DNA from: Wickerhamiella versatilis
Taxonomy: Eukaryota
Length of the DNA stretch: 64,000 bases
Assembly (NCBI GenBank): GCA_030867685.1
Contig: JAQOWU010000008.1
Coordinates: forward strand, 992,001 to 1,056,000
Direction of reading: 5' to 3'
Each line of letters begins with the position of its first letter. Positions within the stretch are counted from its first letter, which is position 1. This document shows, in pieces, positions 8,637 through 18,385 of the stretch. The position numbers were made by a program, and so were the translations under genes. A model generated the notes under the pieces. The model saw nothing but the letters and a program-made list of their open reading frames with translations. It was not told the origin of the DNA and ran no database searches.

Positions 8637-9479
8637 CTCCTGAATAGTTGGTCTCCGCGTCCTAACTAGTGAGATACGAGAACAAGCGTCATCCAAAGTC
8701 TGCCCGGGTAAGGGCAAGTATTACCTATGATGTTAGGGTAAAACACGCGGGTGGTGGCTGTTCCGGAAATACCGATACCGAGAATGGCCCTGATCCGCGA
8801 TTTGATCAATCGTTTGGCAACTATTTAAAAGCATTTTTTGCTGGCTTCAATTATTTTAGTATCCAGTATGTAGCTACCCTTGATGGTCACACAGGGTGTA
8901 CGTTTGTTTTAGGGTGCGGTTTTATGTTTGCAGATAGACTTTCTAAAAAGAGCGAAGGGCAAGTTGCTAGGGTTAGGTGTTTCCGTAATTGGGAAAGTAG
9001 TGGGCTATTTCTCATGGTCGTTACGCCAAGAATAAAGTGTCGCTTAATATTTGCCCAGCCAGCCTTATCACGAAATATGTTGCTTGGGGGAAGTGCAAAC
9101 TTAGGGTTAGGCAGGTATGTACCTATAGCAAAGAGCCGAGCCGTGGCAATTGATACAGCCCACGGTCTGTTCCAATAGCTTTTACTAGAAAAAAAAAGGT
9201 GGTGTGTTGCATGTTCGGCTTCATGTAGTTTATTTTAATTGTACTTATTCTACGTGTTACAGTGTTGAACTGTTTACATATCACACCTTAGTACTAAACG
9301 CACACAGAGGCAATCGCGATATGCCGCAGTTATCTAATAATACGCAATCCAAGAAATACACTAGTTCTAATACTGGATGGCATGCTTTTTTTTCTTGATA
9401 GCGTGAAACAAATGAATTGTATCTAGCGTAATAATAACCGAGATTAAATTAATTGAGAAAAAAATTACATAAGCGGTAA

Positions 9480-10475
9480 ATGGCGTCGTTGGAGGAGGTT
9501 CTGCCGTTTCTAGCTGATCCCAAGCAGGAGGCTCGGCAACTTGCAGTGGATGCTATTCTACCATTTACCAGATCCTCCGCGGGTCATGTATGGGAGTTTA
9601 AAGCTGACGATTTGGCTCCAGTAAAGCAACTGAAGCTATTAGCATCCTCGCCCGAAAAACCCATTAAGCAAAAGGCTTTGACTGCTTTGGTGAATCTTAC
9701 AGAGGACAAGGATATTAGATCGCTAGTTGCCCAGGATATTATCACTTACGCTGAGTGGGTAGTATCCCCCTCTGAGGAAAATAAGGGCCTAGTATGTATG
9801 CTGCTGGCAAATCTTAGCCATGATCCGGCAGTGAAAAATCTGATGGGAGCTCCATTAGAGGTTTTGATATCCATTTTGGTAAAGGATTTATCTCCAAAAT
9901 TGGACTTTCTCACCTTTCTTTTCGCGGAGACTGCGAGAAGGCCTGCCACTGCATCGTTCTGGACACCTGACGTCATGGGACCCTTGTTTCCCCAGCTTGT
10001 GCTGGGGAGCTTGCAGCGCCGATCCGGGATTGCAGCTACCGTCAAAAATACATTGTTTAGTGTGCAAATGCACGAAAAACTGGGCAAAGATAGCAGGCTT
10101 ATTGAGTACATCATGATTGCACTTAAGGGATCGGAGCCTCTTGACGCGGATGATGTGAAGCAGCTCCCTGAGATAGTAAAAGATCAACTCACACCAAAAA
10201 AGCGCAGAGAAACAGATACTGAGCAAATCCTCTTACTGTTGGAATGCCTTCTTTTAATGTCAACATCTCGTGCTGGTCGCGAGGCATTGAGGGAAAAGAA
10301 GGCCTACTTCATTGTGCGCGAAGTTCATTTGGCCATTGATAATGCTGAGATTATGGAGACATGTGAGCGCATAGTCAATCAAATCATGAGAGGGGAGCCC
10401 GAGCCCGCGCCACCTCAAAATATGATTGAAAACGAGGACGACGACGATGAGGACGCTGTCATTGAGGTTCTTTAA
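9480..10475 (+). CDS. HGH1: Hgh1, eEF2 chaperone (ARM repeat)
   Basis: LEEVLPFL N-terminus, RRSGIAATVKN, LECLLLMSTSRAGREALR, acidic tail ending IEVL. Confidence 0.9.
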   Translation: MASLEEVLPFLADPKQEARQLAVDAILPFTRSSAGHVWEFKADDLAPVKQLKLLASSPEKPIKQKALTALVNLTEDKDIRSLVAQDIITYAEWVVSPSEENKGLVCMLLANLSHDPAVKNLMGAPLEVLISILVKDLSPKLDFLTFLFAETARRPATASFWTPDVMGPLFPQLVLGSLQRRSGIAATVKNTLFSVQMHEKLGKDSRLIEYIMIALKGSEPLDADDVKQLPEIVKDQLTPKKRRETDTEQILLLLECLLLMSTSRAGREALREKKAYFIVREVHLAIDNAEIMETCERIVNQIMRGEPEPAPPQNMIENEDDDDEDAVIEVL

Positions 10476-11107
10476 GAGTCGAAAACGAATTCATTGAGAT
10501 TTAAGGATTGCCGTGCGGATCCACAATCGATCTCCTTCGACGCTGAGGTGTCTTTTTCCTGGTTTAGGTCCTCCCGCAAAGCTTGCAGGTGATGAAAACG
10601 AGAAACTAAATGATGATGCTGGAGAAAGAGCTGGTCGTAGACCAAAAGAACATTTGTAGTGCTCTTACAGGCCATCAACGGACTTAATTTTGAGAGGAGG
10701 AGCCATTTGGATATCTTAAACTGGCGAGCGGCCCGTAGAATAGCGGTCTGGGCACTCACATCAACTTGACATGAGGAATGAACGTCAGCATTTCCATTAT
10801 TAGTTCTTGGAGACTGCTCAAAATCCTCCAATGTCTCGCTTTGTTCTGGTGATAGTTCCCGTTGCCAATCCCGAAACGTCCTCTTTAAATTAACCAGCTC
10901 CGGTGAGACCATCGCTGATGTGCTTATTGCTAGCACCTGAAGATGTAGCAGGGAGAGCTCCTGTTCCATAAGTGCATTGGTTTTTGCAATTAGGTCATGG
11001 GCACTTAGGATCACACTAATGCCCTCTTGAATCTTTTCGAAGTCATCGTATCCTAGAATCTTGCGTAAAAAGTTGAGCTCTTGTTCGATAAATACCGCGC
11101 TAATCAT
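10472..11107 (-). CDS. Hypothetical helical protein
   Basis: 211-aa ATG ORF filling the gap between HGH1 and CAX4. No recognised motif. Confidence 0.6.
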   Translation of the reverse strand: MISAVFIEQELNFLRKILGYDDFEKIQEGISVILSAHDLIAKTNALMEQELSLLHLQVLAISTSAMVSPELVNLKRTFRDWQRELSPEQSETLEDFEQSPRTNNGNADVHSSCQVDVSAQTAILRAARQFKISKWLLLSKLSPLMACKSTTNVLLVYDQLFLQHHHLVSRFHHLQALREDLNQEKDTSASKEIDCGSARQSLNLNEFVFDS

Positions 11108-11239
11108 ATAGCTATTTACCGAATAATACTCTGCCTATAATATATTATCTCTTCGTAGTTTGATTACACTAATTATACTCACACCTAGAGTTAAATGTGG
11201 ATTAGATAACCATTGCATCAGCAGACAGATCTCCTGACA

Positions 11240-11929
11240 ATGTCATATTTTGGTGGGGTTCATATGGAGCGTGCTGATAGTTCTGTAGTAAAAGGCTCTT
11301 ATTACGGCATTGCCCCAGAGTTTACTGCTGTACTATATCACCCAGATGATAAATTGGGATTGGTCTGCGCGTTCGCATCACTTGTGCCTGTCGCGATCCT
11401 AATTGCCCATCTTAGTGTATTTCTGTGTCGTAGAACTGCTGATGACCTTTTCTTTGCTGGCGGCCAAGTTTTCTGTGAGGCTATGAACGTTATTTTAAAA
11501 CTAATTATACGACAGCCGAGACCGATTACTCCAGTGTCCAACATGCCTGCAGATTCTTTCGGAATGCCATCATCGCATGCCCAGTTCATGGGGTTCACTA
11601 CGGTATATCTTATAGTCAAACTAGCTGCATCTCCGCACATACCGGTCTTTGAACGCATTCTGCGGGCATTTCTGCTATTGGTCGTGGGTATAGGTGTCGC
11701 ATTTTCCCGGTACTATCTGTGGTACCATACTGGTCCTCAGGTAACTCTGGGATTTTTTATCGGTGCTGTCTTATCCCTTGCCTGGCTCTGGTTCGGAAAG
11801 CTGATTAGGAGGCTTGGCCTGTGGCAATGGTTTTTAACACTGTGGCCATGTCGCATAATGTACGTGAAAGATGCAGACTATGATGTGCGTGCAGAATACG
11901 CTGCATGGAAAAATCAAAAAAATCGCTGA
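11240..11929 (+). CDS. CAX4: Dolichyl-pyrophosphate phosphatase (PAP2 family)
   Basis: PAP2 motifs KLIIRQPRP, GMPSSHAQFMGF and SRYYLWYHT. First ATG 11240. Confidence 0.9.
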   Translation: MSYFGGVHMERADSSVVKGSYYGIAPEFTAVLYHPDDKLGLVCAFASLVPVAILIAHLSVFLCRRTADDLFFAGGQVFCEAMNVILKLIIRQPRPITPVSNMPADSFGMPSSHAQFMGFTTVYLIVKLAASPHIPVFERILRAFLLLVVGIGVAFSRYYLWYHTGPQVTLGFFIGAVLSLAWLWFGKLIRRLGLWQWFLTLWPCRIMYVKDADYDVRAEYAAWKNQKNR

Positions 11930-11957
11930 TCCATTCCTAAGTCTTTGAGGGCGCATT

Positions 11958-13454
11958 TTAGTAAAATCCACCTGATGCTAGTGAGGCTGCGGAGCCTATT
12001 CTGGATAGCTTAAATGGCTCTGCAGCACCATCTAATGAGACACCAGCAAGAGGAATCCGAACCACCGTATTGCGATAACCATTGGGAACAACCTCAACCA
12101 CCTGATTGGCCGGGAATTTCAATTTTGGGATGTCCTCTACTGATAAATTCATAATATAGCCGTATAGGACCCGCAGAACCGATTCGTGGGCTATGACCAC
12201 AAGATTAGATTCAATTCTTTCGAGCTCCATCATCAATGGCTCAAGCCTAATGGCGACGTCCTGATAACTCTCACCCCTCGGGAAGCGATGGTGATAGGGA
12301 TCTTTCTGATAGGCCTCCCACTCAGCTGGGTTTCGGGCCAACTCATCCAAATTTTCACTCCTCTCCAGGTTACCAGGGTTCAGTAGATTCAACAAAGACC
12401 TATTGGAGACTGGCACACCTGCATCTTTGAACGGCTGACCTGTTTCGATACTCTTACGCCGTGCAGACGTCCAAACTATCAAAGGCGCCTCTTCAGTTGG
12501 TGTGCCACAGAGTGATGTTGTCGCAGATGCCGTCGCACTGCCGAAGTATCTAGAGGATGGATCCGCATAACGACGAACCCCCTGTAAGTCTACTACGGAA
12601 TTCTGAGCAGACTCCAGCTGCTTGGCGCTAACATACCCAATAATAGTGTTGGCCAATGTTCGGGCATATATCATTCCCTTCTCGGACAGATCGCTATCAT
12701 CCCTATAAGTTTCATCCGGCACACCCGTGGAGCCCGCTCGGGCAAAGAATATCGACCCCCGTCTTGGACGGACATTGAGTAAAAATAAGAGAACTCGGTT
12801 CAGCAGGTAGCCTAGCGGTCCGTTATTGACAATGCATCTTTCCCCGTCATTGACAAGCTTAATCGACAGCAGATTCGGCTCTATAACCGATTCATATTTA
12901 GCCACTCTAGCCTCCATATTCTTCAAATAATGCAACAGACCCTCTTTTGGGTCTCGATTGATATAATCTGGAGAGTATGTCCGAACGTCACCGATATTGC
13001 GGGCGAGAATCCGCTCATCCGTCACAAGGCTCTCAACAAATAGAGATTCGATGCCATAGGCCTTCAACCTCGCCCTTAGCGACTCACGTTCTGATATGGA
13101 ACCATTTATGGCGTCATATACTGCCACCTGGCCACCTTGCGAGTAGAAATCAACCATGGCGCCGAAGCAGGCATCCGTAACTCTCGTCCGTAAAACTGAC
13201 AGTTTCGGGTCACTGCCGTCAAAATAACTTGGTGTTACTTCAAACTTGCTCCCGGCAATGGCCCGTCGAAACTCCCCGAGGTGGAAAACTTGTGCCTTTA
13301 CGCCTAGCCAGCGAAGGTATCGTGTGATGGCCTCCGAGCGTTGTGTCTTTCCACGCCCCGGCAGGCCTACCATAATGATGCATATTTTCCCTGCATAGAA
13401 CAAATGGCCCGAGGCCGTACTATACAGTTGACCTGGTGAAACATTCAGTACCAT
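11958..13454 (-). CDS. 6-phosphofructo-2-kinase/fructose-2,6-bisphosphatase family, YLR345W-like
   Basis: SPGQLYSTASGHLFYAG N-terminus, P-loop GLPGRGKT, and a histidine-phosphatase-like half (FPRGESY, VIAHESVLR). Confidence 0.85.
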   Translation of the reverse strand: MVLNVSPGQLYSTASGHLFYAGKICIIMVGLPGRGKTQRSEAITRYLRWLGVKAQVFHLGEFRRAIAGSKFEVTPSYFDGSDPKLSVLRTRVTDACFGAMVDFYSQGGQVAVYDAINGSISERESLRARLKAYGIESLFVESLVTDERILARNIGDVRTYSPDYINRDPKEGLLHYLKNMEARVAKYESVIEPNLLSIKLVNDGERCIVNNGPLGYLLNRVLLFLLNVRPRRGSIFFARAGSTGVPDETYRDDSDLSEKGMIYARTLANTIIGYVSAKQLESAQNSVVDLQGVRRYADPSSRYFGSATASATTSLCGTPTEEAPLIVWTSARRKSIETGQPFKDAGVPVSNRSLLNLLNPGNLERSENLDELARNPAEWEAYQKDPYHHRFPRGESYQDVAIRLEPLMMELERIESNLVVIAHESVLRVLYGYIMNLSVEDIPKLKFPANQVVEVVPNGYRNTVVRIPLAGVSLDGAAEPFKLSRIGSAASLASGGFY

Positions 13455-13819
13455 GGTGGTAGCGCTTCACTTGGTGTGGGCAAGGGTAATACTACATCAC
13501 ACCCGTATCTGGACTAACCCACCTAGTTTGAACCCCTCACTAGACTCGCCGTACATATTTTTTGGGGTAACTCACTACCATTGGCTAGTGCCATTTTATC
13601 AAGTGTGAACAAAATTGATTCACGTGCCAACATATAGTTATTCGCTACAAACCCCGACGTAAGTGGCTCTACCACAGCTTAGGAGACACGACTCGGTTTA
13701 GGGTAAACCACCAGAGTAGTTAGAGCCATTTTGTCGGCATCCTGATCCCAATGTGGAATGCAGCATTGGTAGCCTGCACATATATGTGACGAACATTCAG
13801 AAATATCGTGGTACTCGTG

Positions 13820-14839
13820 ATGGAGCAAGAAATAAGATCAGCTGACCATCACGTCCCCGCCGTCTGGCCTGGAAGTTCCCCGCATATTTCTCACGATCAC
13901 AATGTCTTTGACTCGAAGCATGGACTACTTGAGGACTCACAATATATTTGCGAGTTTCGACTGGCGGCATTTGCAAGAGCGTTTGATGAACTGATTATGG
14001 AACGTGCAATGTGGAGTCGAGAGACTCTCGAGCTTCGTAAAAACTTGTGCGCCAGTGAGTGTGAGATTGACTCTCTGAAAGTAGATATCGCAAGGAAGGA
14101 GTCAAAAAACCAAAAATCCTCCGCCATTGAGCTGAAAGCTGATAAGCTGCAGCCACTAATGGAAAAACTCGACATGGCAAATAAAGAGCTTCGCAAAGCA
14201 CGGGATAACAGTATGGAAACCCAGGTCACCCTCCTCAATACTCAAATTGAACTCTCTGAATTAGAGGATGCACATAAAGAACTTCGCCAGAGTCTTAACA
14301 AGTGTGAGACTGAGCTAGAGATACTGCGATCCGACAGGAAGTCGCTTGAGTATGAGCTTAAACAGGGGAGTGACACTGACTTAAGTGAATTGAAGGCCAA
14401 AGAACTTCAGATAGGCATGATATCTGCTCTGGAAGAAGCACAGGAAGCACGGGCTGAGTATGAAAAAGCATCTCAACAGAACCAAGTGCTGAAGGAACGA
14501 AGTGATATATTGCTGAGTTGTTTGTATGATGCCCTCGAATCCACTGTTTCCCTCCGCAATGTGCTTGGCAGGATAAGTACGAGCACGGGTGCAAAGGACT
14601 CTTGCCCGCGTGACTCTACGGATAGAATTGACGAAACCTCGGCCATTCAAACAGCGAGGCAGATCGTCGAGAAATATCTGATCAAGTGCAATGTGACAGT
14701 CCACTTGGTACAAGCATCTCTTCAGGATATTTCAGACCATGCCACGCCTAAAATCAAGGAATTAGTGAACATCTGTCGTAGGAGTCTTAGCGATATTGAC
14801 CCGGATGTTAAGGGCGTTTGTCACGACATCTATAGCTAG
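13820..14839 (+). CDS. Hypothetical coiled-coil protein
   Basis: Long E/K/L heptad-rich region. First ATG 13820. No family recognised. Confidence 0.7.
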   Translation: MEQEIRSADHHVPAVWPGSSPHISHDHNVFDSKHGLLEDSQYICEFRLAAFARAFDELIMERAMWSRETLELRKNLCASECEIDSLKVDIARKESKNQKSSAIELKADKLQPLMEKLDMANKELRKARDNSMETQVTLLNTQIELSELEDAHKELRQSLNKCETELEILRSDRKSLEYELKQGSDTDLSELKAKELQIGMISALEEAQEARAEYEKASQQNQVLKERSDILLSCLYDALESTVSLRNVLGRISTSTGAKDSCPRDSTDRIDETSAIQTARQIVEKYLIKCNVTVHLVQASLQDISDHATPKIKELVNICRRSLSDIDPDVKGVCHDIYS

Positions 14840-14859
14840 ATTTCTTATTTAATGCTCTC

Positions 14860-15366
14860 TTAATGGTCTTCCGTCAAAGAAGCCTCGTAGTCCTCAAGGT
14901 CCATAAGATTCTCAAGATCCGCAACATTCGACAGTTCAAGTTTTGCTATCCAGGCGGCACCCATCGGATCCTCGTTGAGCAGTGGTGGGCGCTCGACCAA
15001 CTCTTCGTTGGCCTCCACCAATTTGCCAGAAACTGGTGAATACACATCTGAGGCAGACTTCACGCTTTCCACAGAGCCAACAGCATCACCAATCTCTACG
15101 TCGGAGGGAATTTCATTCACCTCGACATATGTAGTGTCACCCAATGCGTCGGCGGCATACTTCGTCACACCTAGGAAAGCTATCTTGTCATTATGGACCG
15201 CGAGCCACTCATGGTTCTCGGTATAGAATACTTTTGGTGACGGACCGTAGGCTGTCACAGGCGACTCGCTTGTCAAAGCATTCGATGATGCGAGCCTTAC
15301 AGGAAACGAAAAAGCCCTAAGCGGCTTGGCATTTCGGAGGAAAGGACGTATTGTGGAACGTAGCAT
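14860..15366 (-). CDS. GCV3: Glycine cleavage system H protein
   Basis: Mitochondrial presequence, YTENHEW, lipoyl motif VESVKSASDVYSPVSG. Confidence 0.95.
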   Translation of the reverse strand: MLRSTIRPFLRNAKPLRAFSFPVRLASSNALTSESPVTAYGPSPKVFYTENHEWLAVHNDKIAFLGVTKYAADALGDTTYVEVNEIPSDVEIGDAVGSVESVKSASDVYSPVSGKLVEANEELVERPPLLNEDPMGAAWIAKLELSNVADLENLMDLEDYEASLTEDH

Positions 15367-15531
15367 TGGGTCTGGGATGACAAGCTCCGTAACTGCTTAT
15401 ACCCCTGTATACCCGGGACACTGTTTTACTCAGGTTTCTTCTGTGACTCGGGTTGTAACACACCAGCCCAAGTCAGTGGGTTATTCAGCAAATCTGGGCA
15501 CCACCGAATTTTAGCGTCCTTAAATCACGGC

Positions 15532-15876
15532 ATGCTTTATGAACTGGTTGGGATCGCACGGTGTCCACCGGTACGCCATGTCGAAGAGGCAGCTGATCTA
15601 GTACGTCATATCGGGAAAATGGTTCTAAATAATCGGGGAGTTGTTCGAAAAATTGAGAATTGGGGAGTCCAACCGCTACCTAGGATCTGGAACAAAAATC
15701 GTCAGAGTCATATTATTGCCGCACACTTCTACATGAAGGTCGATACGTCCCCCAGCGTGCAACGGGAAATCCAGCGTGCATTAAATGCGGATGCTCGTAT
15801 GCTTCGATGCACAGTAGTCAAAGTAGGAGGTGAGGCTCTTCCTAGCCTTCTGGAATCAAAGCCTCCTAAGTTTTAA
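15532..15876 (+). CDS. MRP17: Mitochondrial ribosomal protein bS6m
   Basis: MLYELVGIAR...GKMVLNNRGVVRKIENWG...LP pattern of bS6. Confidence 0.9.
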   Translation: MLYELVGIARCPPVRHVEEAADLVRHIGKMVLNNRGVVRKIENWGVQPLPRIWNKNRQSHIIAAHFYMKVDTSPSVQREIQRALNADARMLRCTVVKVGGEALPSLLESKPPKF

Positions 15877-15923
15877 GCATATACACGCTAGTACATAGTC
15901 CTAATATCATTATCGTTGCTGAC

Positions 15924-16760
15924 ATGTTGTGTGATGCACATTGCCATCCCACAGACACTCCGGGCACATTGGATGCCATTGCCGGACTGCCTGCAAGGCT
16001 AATTTGTATGACTACCCGCTTTGACGACGTCGATCTTGTGGACCGCATTGCAAACTTTCCTAATGTGATCCCAGCATATGGACTCCACCCATGGTTCAGT
16101 CATTTGGTGTCGTTTGAAAATGACATCACAAAAGAGGAACACTATTCAAAGGTTTTTTCGGAGCCACCATCTCCGCAAGACCTGGATCAGCTTCCCAGCC
16201 CCATTTATTTTCCCAAGCATGTTCAACGTCTCGAGCAGAGCCTAGAACGACATCCCCGAGCTATTGTGGGCGAAATTGGCCTTGATAAAGCTTTCAGGGT
16301 AAAGTTGAATGGTATACTAACCCACTATAGGGTACTAATGAGCCACCAAAGAAGGGTCTTGGCTGCGCAGCTTAAACTAGCGTCAGACTATAACCGTAGT
16401 GTTTCAATGCACGGTGTACATTGCCACCAGGCACTGTACGATGAGTGCAGCAATTATAAACTTCGCTCTCTCTGTCTCCATTCCTACTCGGGCTCAGCGG
16501 ACTTTTATGCAAACCAGTGGCTCAAAATACGTTACCCCGTCTACGTCTCAGTGGCTGTTTTGATTAATGGAAAGTCCCCACAGAAATTGCATTCTATGCT
16601 TGCTGGGGTACCGGCAGATCGAATTCTCACCGAAAGCGACTACCACGACGCGAGCGGCATTCTCAGCCTCTTGGAACAATCTTACGATGTATTAGCGAAC
16701 TTCTATGGGTGGTCCAATCCACGACAGGTTGTAGAGAACTTTGAGAATTTTCTAAGATAG
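15924..16760 (+). CDS. TatD-family metallo-hydrolase (Scn1/YMR262W-like)
   Basis: DAHCH, GLHPWF, VGEIGLDK, SMH, LHSYSGS and LTESD motifs. Confidence 0.9.
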   Translation: MLCDAHCHPTDTPGTLDAIAGLPARLICMTTRFDDVDLVDRIANFPNVIPAYGLHPWFSHLVSFENDITKEEHYSKVFSEPPSPQDLDQLPSPIYFPKHVQRLEQSLERHPRAIVGEIGLDKAFRVKLNGILTHYRVLMSHQRRVLAAQLKLASDYNRSVSMHGVHCHQALYDECSNYKLRSLCLHSYSGSADFYANQWLKIRYPVYVSVAVLINGKSPQKLHSMLAGVPADRILTESDYHDASGILSLLEQSYDVLANFYGWSNPRQVVENFENFLR

Positions 16761-16761
16761 A

Positions 16762-17853
16762 CTAATAATTGTACTCTCTTAATATGACCGGCACTGACGA
16801 GGCAGGCAATGGTCCAAGTTCCGTGATAACTTTTGATATGAACTTTTGGTCGGTGAGATCATAAAAGATTGAATCTGTATTTGGGAGAAGCTCATTAACT
16901 GCCAAAGAATCAAGTTGAACCCGTTCACTAAACTTGATCGTCTCACACAATACCAAAACTGGGATTTCACGAGCCCGGGCGGTAACAGCGACCAGCGACG
17001 TCCCAACCCGAGAGTAAAGATGGCCGTTTGAAACCATAGCATGTGCACCAACTAGCACGAGTGAAACCTCTGAAATCATGTATGGCAGCGCCGTAATCAT
17101 GACATAGGTGGTGGGTATTCCTAATGCCACCAGTCTCGCAGCCAGTTTCTTGCCATCGAACAGCGGCCTCGAGTCAGCACAAATAACCCTAAAATTCTTA
17201 TTCTGGCGAAAGGCCTCTGCCAACGTGAGGAAAACCGCCTCTGACTGGCCGTACGTCAATATTACATCGCCATCACCTCGGATATGTGCTGATGCGGACT
17301 CCACAATAACTCGATCAGCCACATCGATTCTGTCTTGAATGAAGTTTTTAATGCTGCGAATAAGGTTTTCCTTAGCCTCTTTTTCACCGAGATCAATGCT
17401 AATGGCCGACGTCTCTTTCTTTAACCACCGGATGGCATTTCCCATACTAACGCTCAGACCTCGGCTTGACTTCAGCATTTCTATTTGAGGGCTGAGATGT
17501 AATGCAAAACTACGACTGAAGGTGGAGCCCTCTGGCGTGACGTAGTCGGCAACAACTTGTTCAAAAGCATGCATCATCGCCTTACAACGACATGAGCTTC
17601 CGATAATCCTGCATGATTGCATTCGTATTGCCAGATTAAGAACTGCAGGGTGAACCTCTTTGTTGAATTCAATGCCCTTGGGACGTTCTATGCTATCAAA
17701 CATTGAAAGAGGGGCATCGTGGTTCGGCTGCCGCTCAGTATTTACACTGGGGCTTGCGGGAGGTCCACCAGTGGCCTTAGCAGCTGCCCTCTGTGATTGC
17801 TTCTGCTGCTTTTTCTGAAGCTTGAGCTGTTTCGGCGTCAGCTCCTTGGACAT
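16762..17853 (-). CDS. GCD2: Translation initiation factor eIF2B delta subunit
   Basis: VHPAVL, SMGNAIRWLK, DSRPLFDG, SRVGT, CETIKFSERVQLDS, LPASSVPVILREY. Confidence 0.93.
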   Translation of the reverse strand: MSKELTPKQLKLQKKQQKQSQRAAAKATGGPPASPSVNTERQPNHDAPLSMFDSIERPKGIEFNKEVHPAVLNLAIRMQSCRIIGSSCRCKAMMHAFEQVVADYVTPEGSTFSRSFALHLSPQIEMLKSSRGLSVSMGNAIRWLKKETSAISIDLGEKEAKENLIRSIKNFIQDRIDVADRVIVESASAHIRGDGDVILTYGQSEAVFLTLAEAFRQNKNFRVICADSRPLFDGKKLAARLVALGIPTTYVMITALPYMISEVSLVLVGAHAMVSNGHLYSRVGTSLVAVTARAREIPVLVLCETIKFSERVQLDSLAVNELLPNTDSIFYDLTDQKFISKVITELGPLPASSVPVILREYNY

Positions 17854-17906
17854 AAAATCCCGGTTTGTTCCTCAGTCGTATACGTTACGTAAGCGACCTA
17901 TCACAC

Positions 17907-18158
17907 ATGGCGGGATTTCTCGACCTTGCAGCATGGGGTACCTTTGGTGCTTGCGTGCAAGGCCTCGCTCAGGGCATGCGCCACAAACCACTTAACTATA
18001 AACCTGCCGGCTATGTTGCATCAGCAGCGCTTTTCGTAGGAGTGGGATACCTTTTGGACGGAGTCCGGGAAACTCAAAAGGATTACCTGGACCGTCGCAT
18101 AGCTGTTTTGGCACAGGAACGTGCGCAACGTGGTGTGACTTTCTCAAGACTTCAATAA
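17907..18158 (+). CDS. Respiratory complex I accessory subunit (14 kDa / NDUFC2-like)
   Basis: 83 aa, two TM segments, W-x-x-FG...GMRHKPL pattern, C-terminal amphipathic helix. First ATG 17907. Confidence 0.65.
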   Translation: MAGFLDLAAWGTFGACVQGLAQGMRHKPLNYKPAGYVASAALFVGVGYLLDGVRETQKDYLDRRIAVLAQERAQRGVTFSRLQ

Positions 18159-18385
18159 AAGTCTCCACGACATGGTACTAGTTAAATAAAAGGATATAGG
18201 TACTAGGTTTTTGATCTTGGACTTTATTGTGTGCCCACTCAGACTTTTATGGCTCATGTATGCTAAATAGAGACAGAATTTCATATTTTGATATCTAGTA
18301 TGGGAAGCACTGCTCCTGAGGTAAACCGTTGGATTAATTGGCCAACGCCCTAATAGCCGGCCACACGCGAATATTAGGTCAGCCG

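Noticed and set aside
9101-9111. Minus-strand CCTAACCCTAA as a telomerase RNA template
   Set aside because: It is one of four similar motifs, better explained as protein-binding sites. I found no convincing downstream pseudoknot or Sm site on that strand, and the organism's telomere repeat is unknown.
9177-9190. AGCTTTTACTAGAA resembling U5 snRNA loop 1
   Set aside because: Lacks the invariant GCCTTTTAC and a closing stem.
8669-9398. ORFs 8669-9178 and 9204-9398
   Set aside because: GTG starts, no recognisable protein features, and they lie in a promoter-like spacer.
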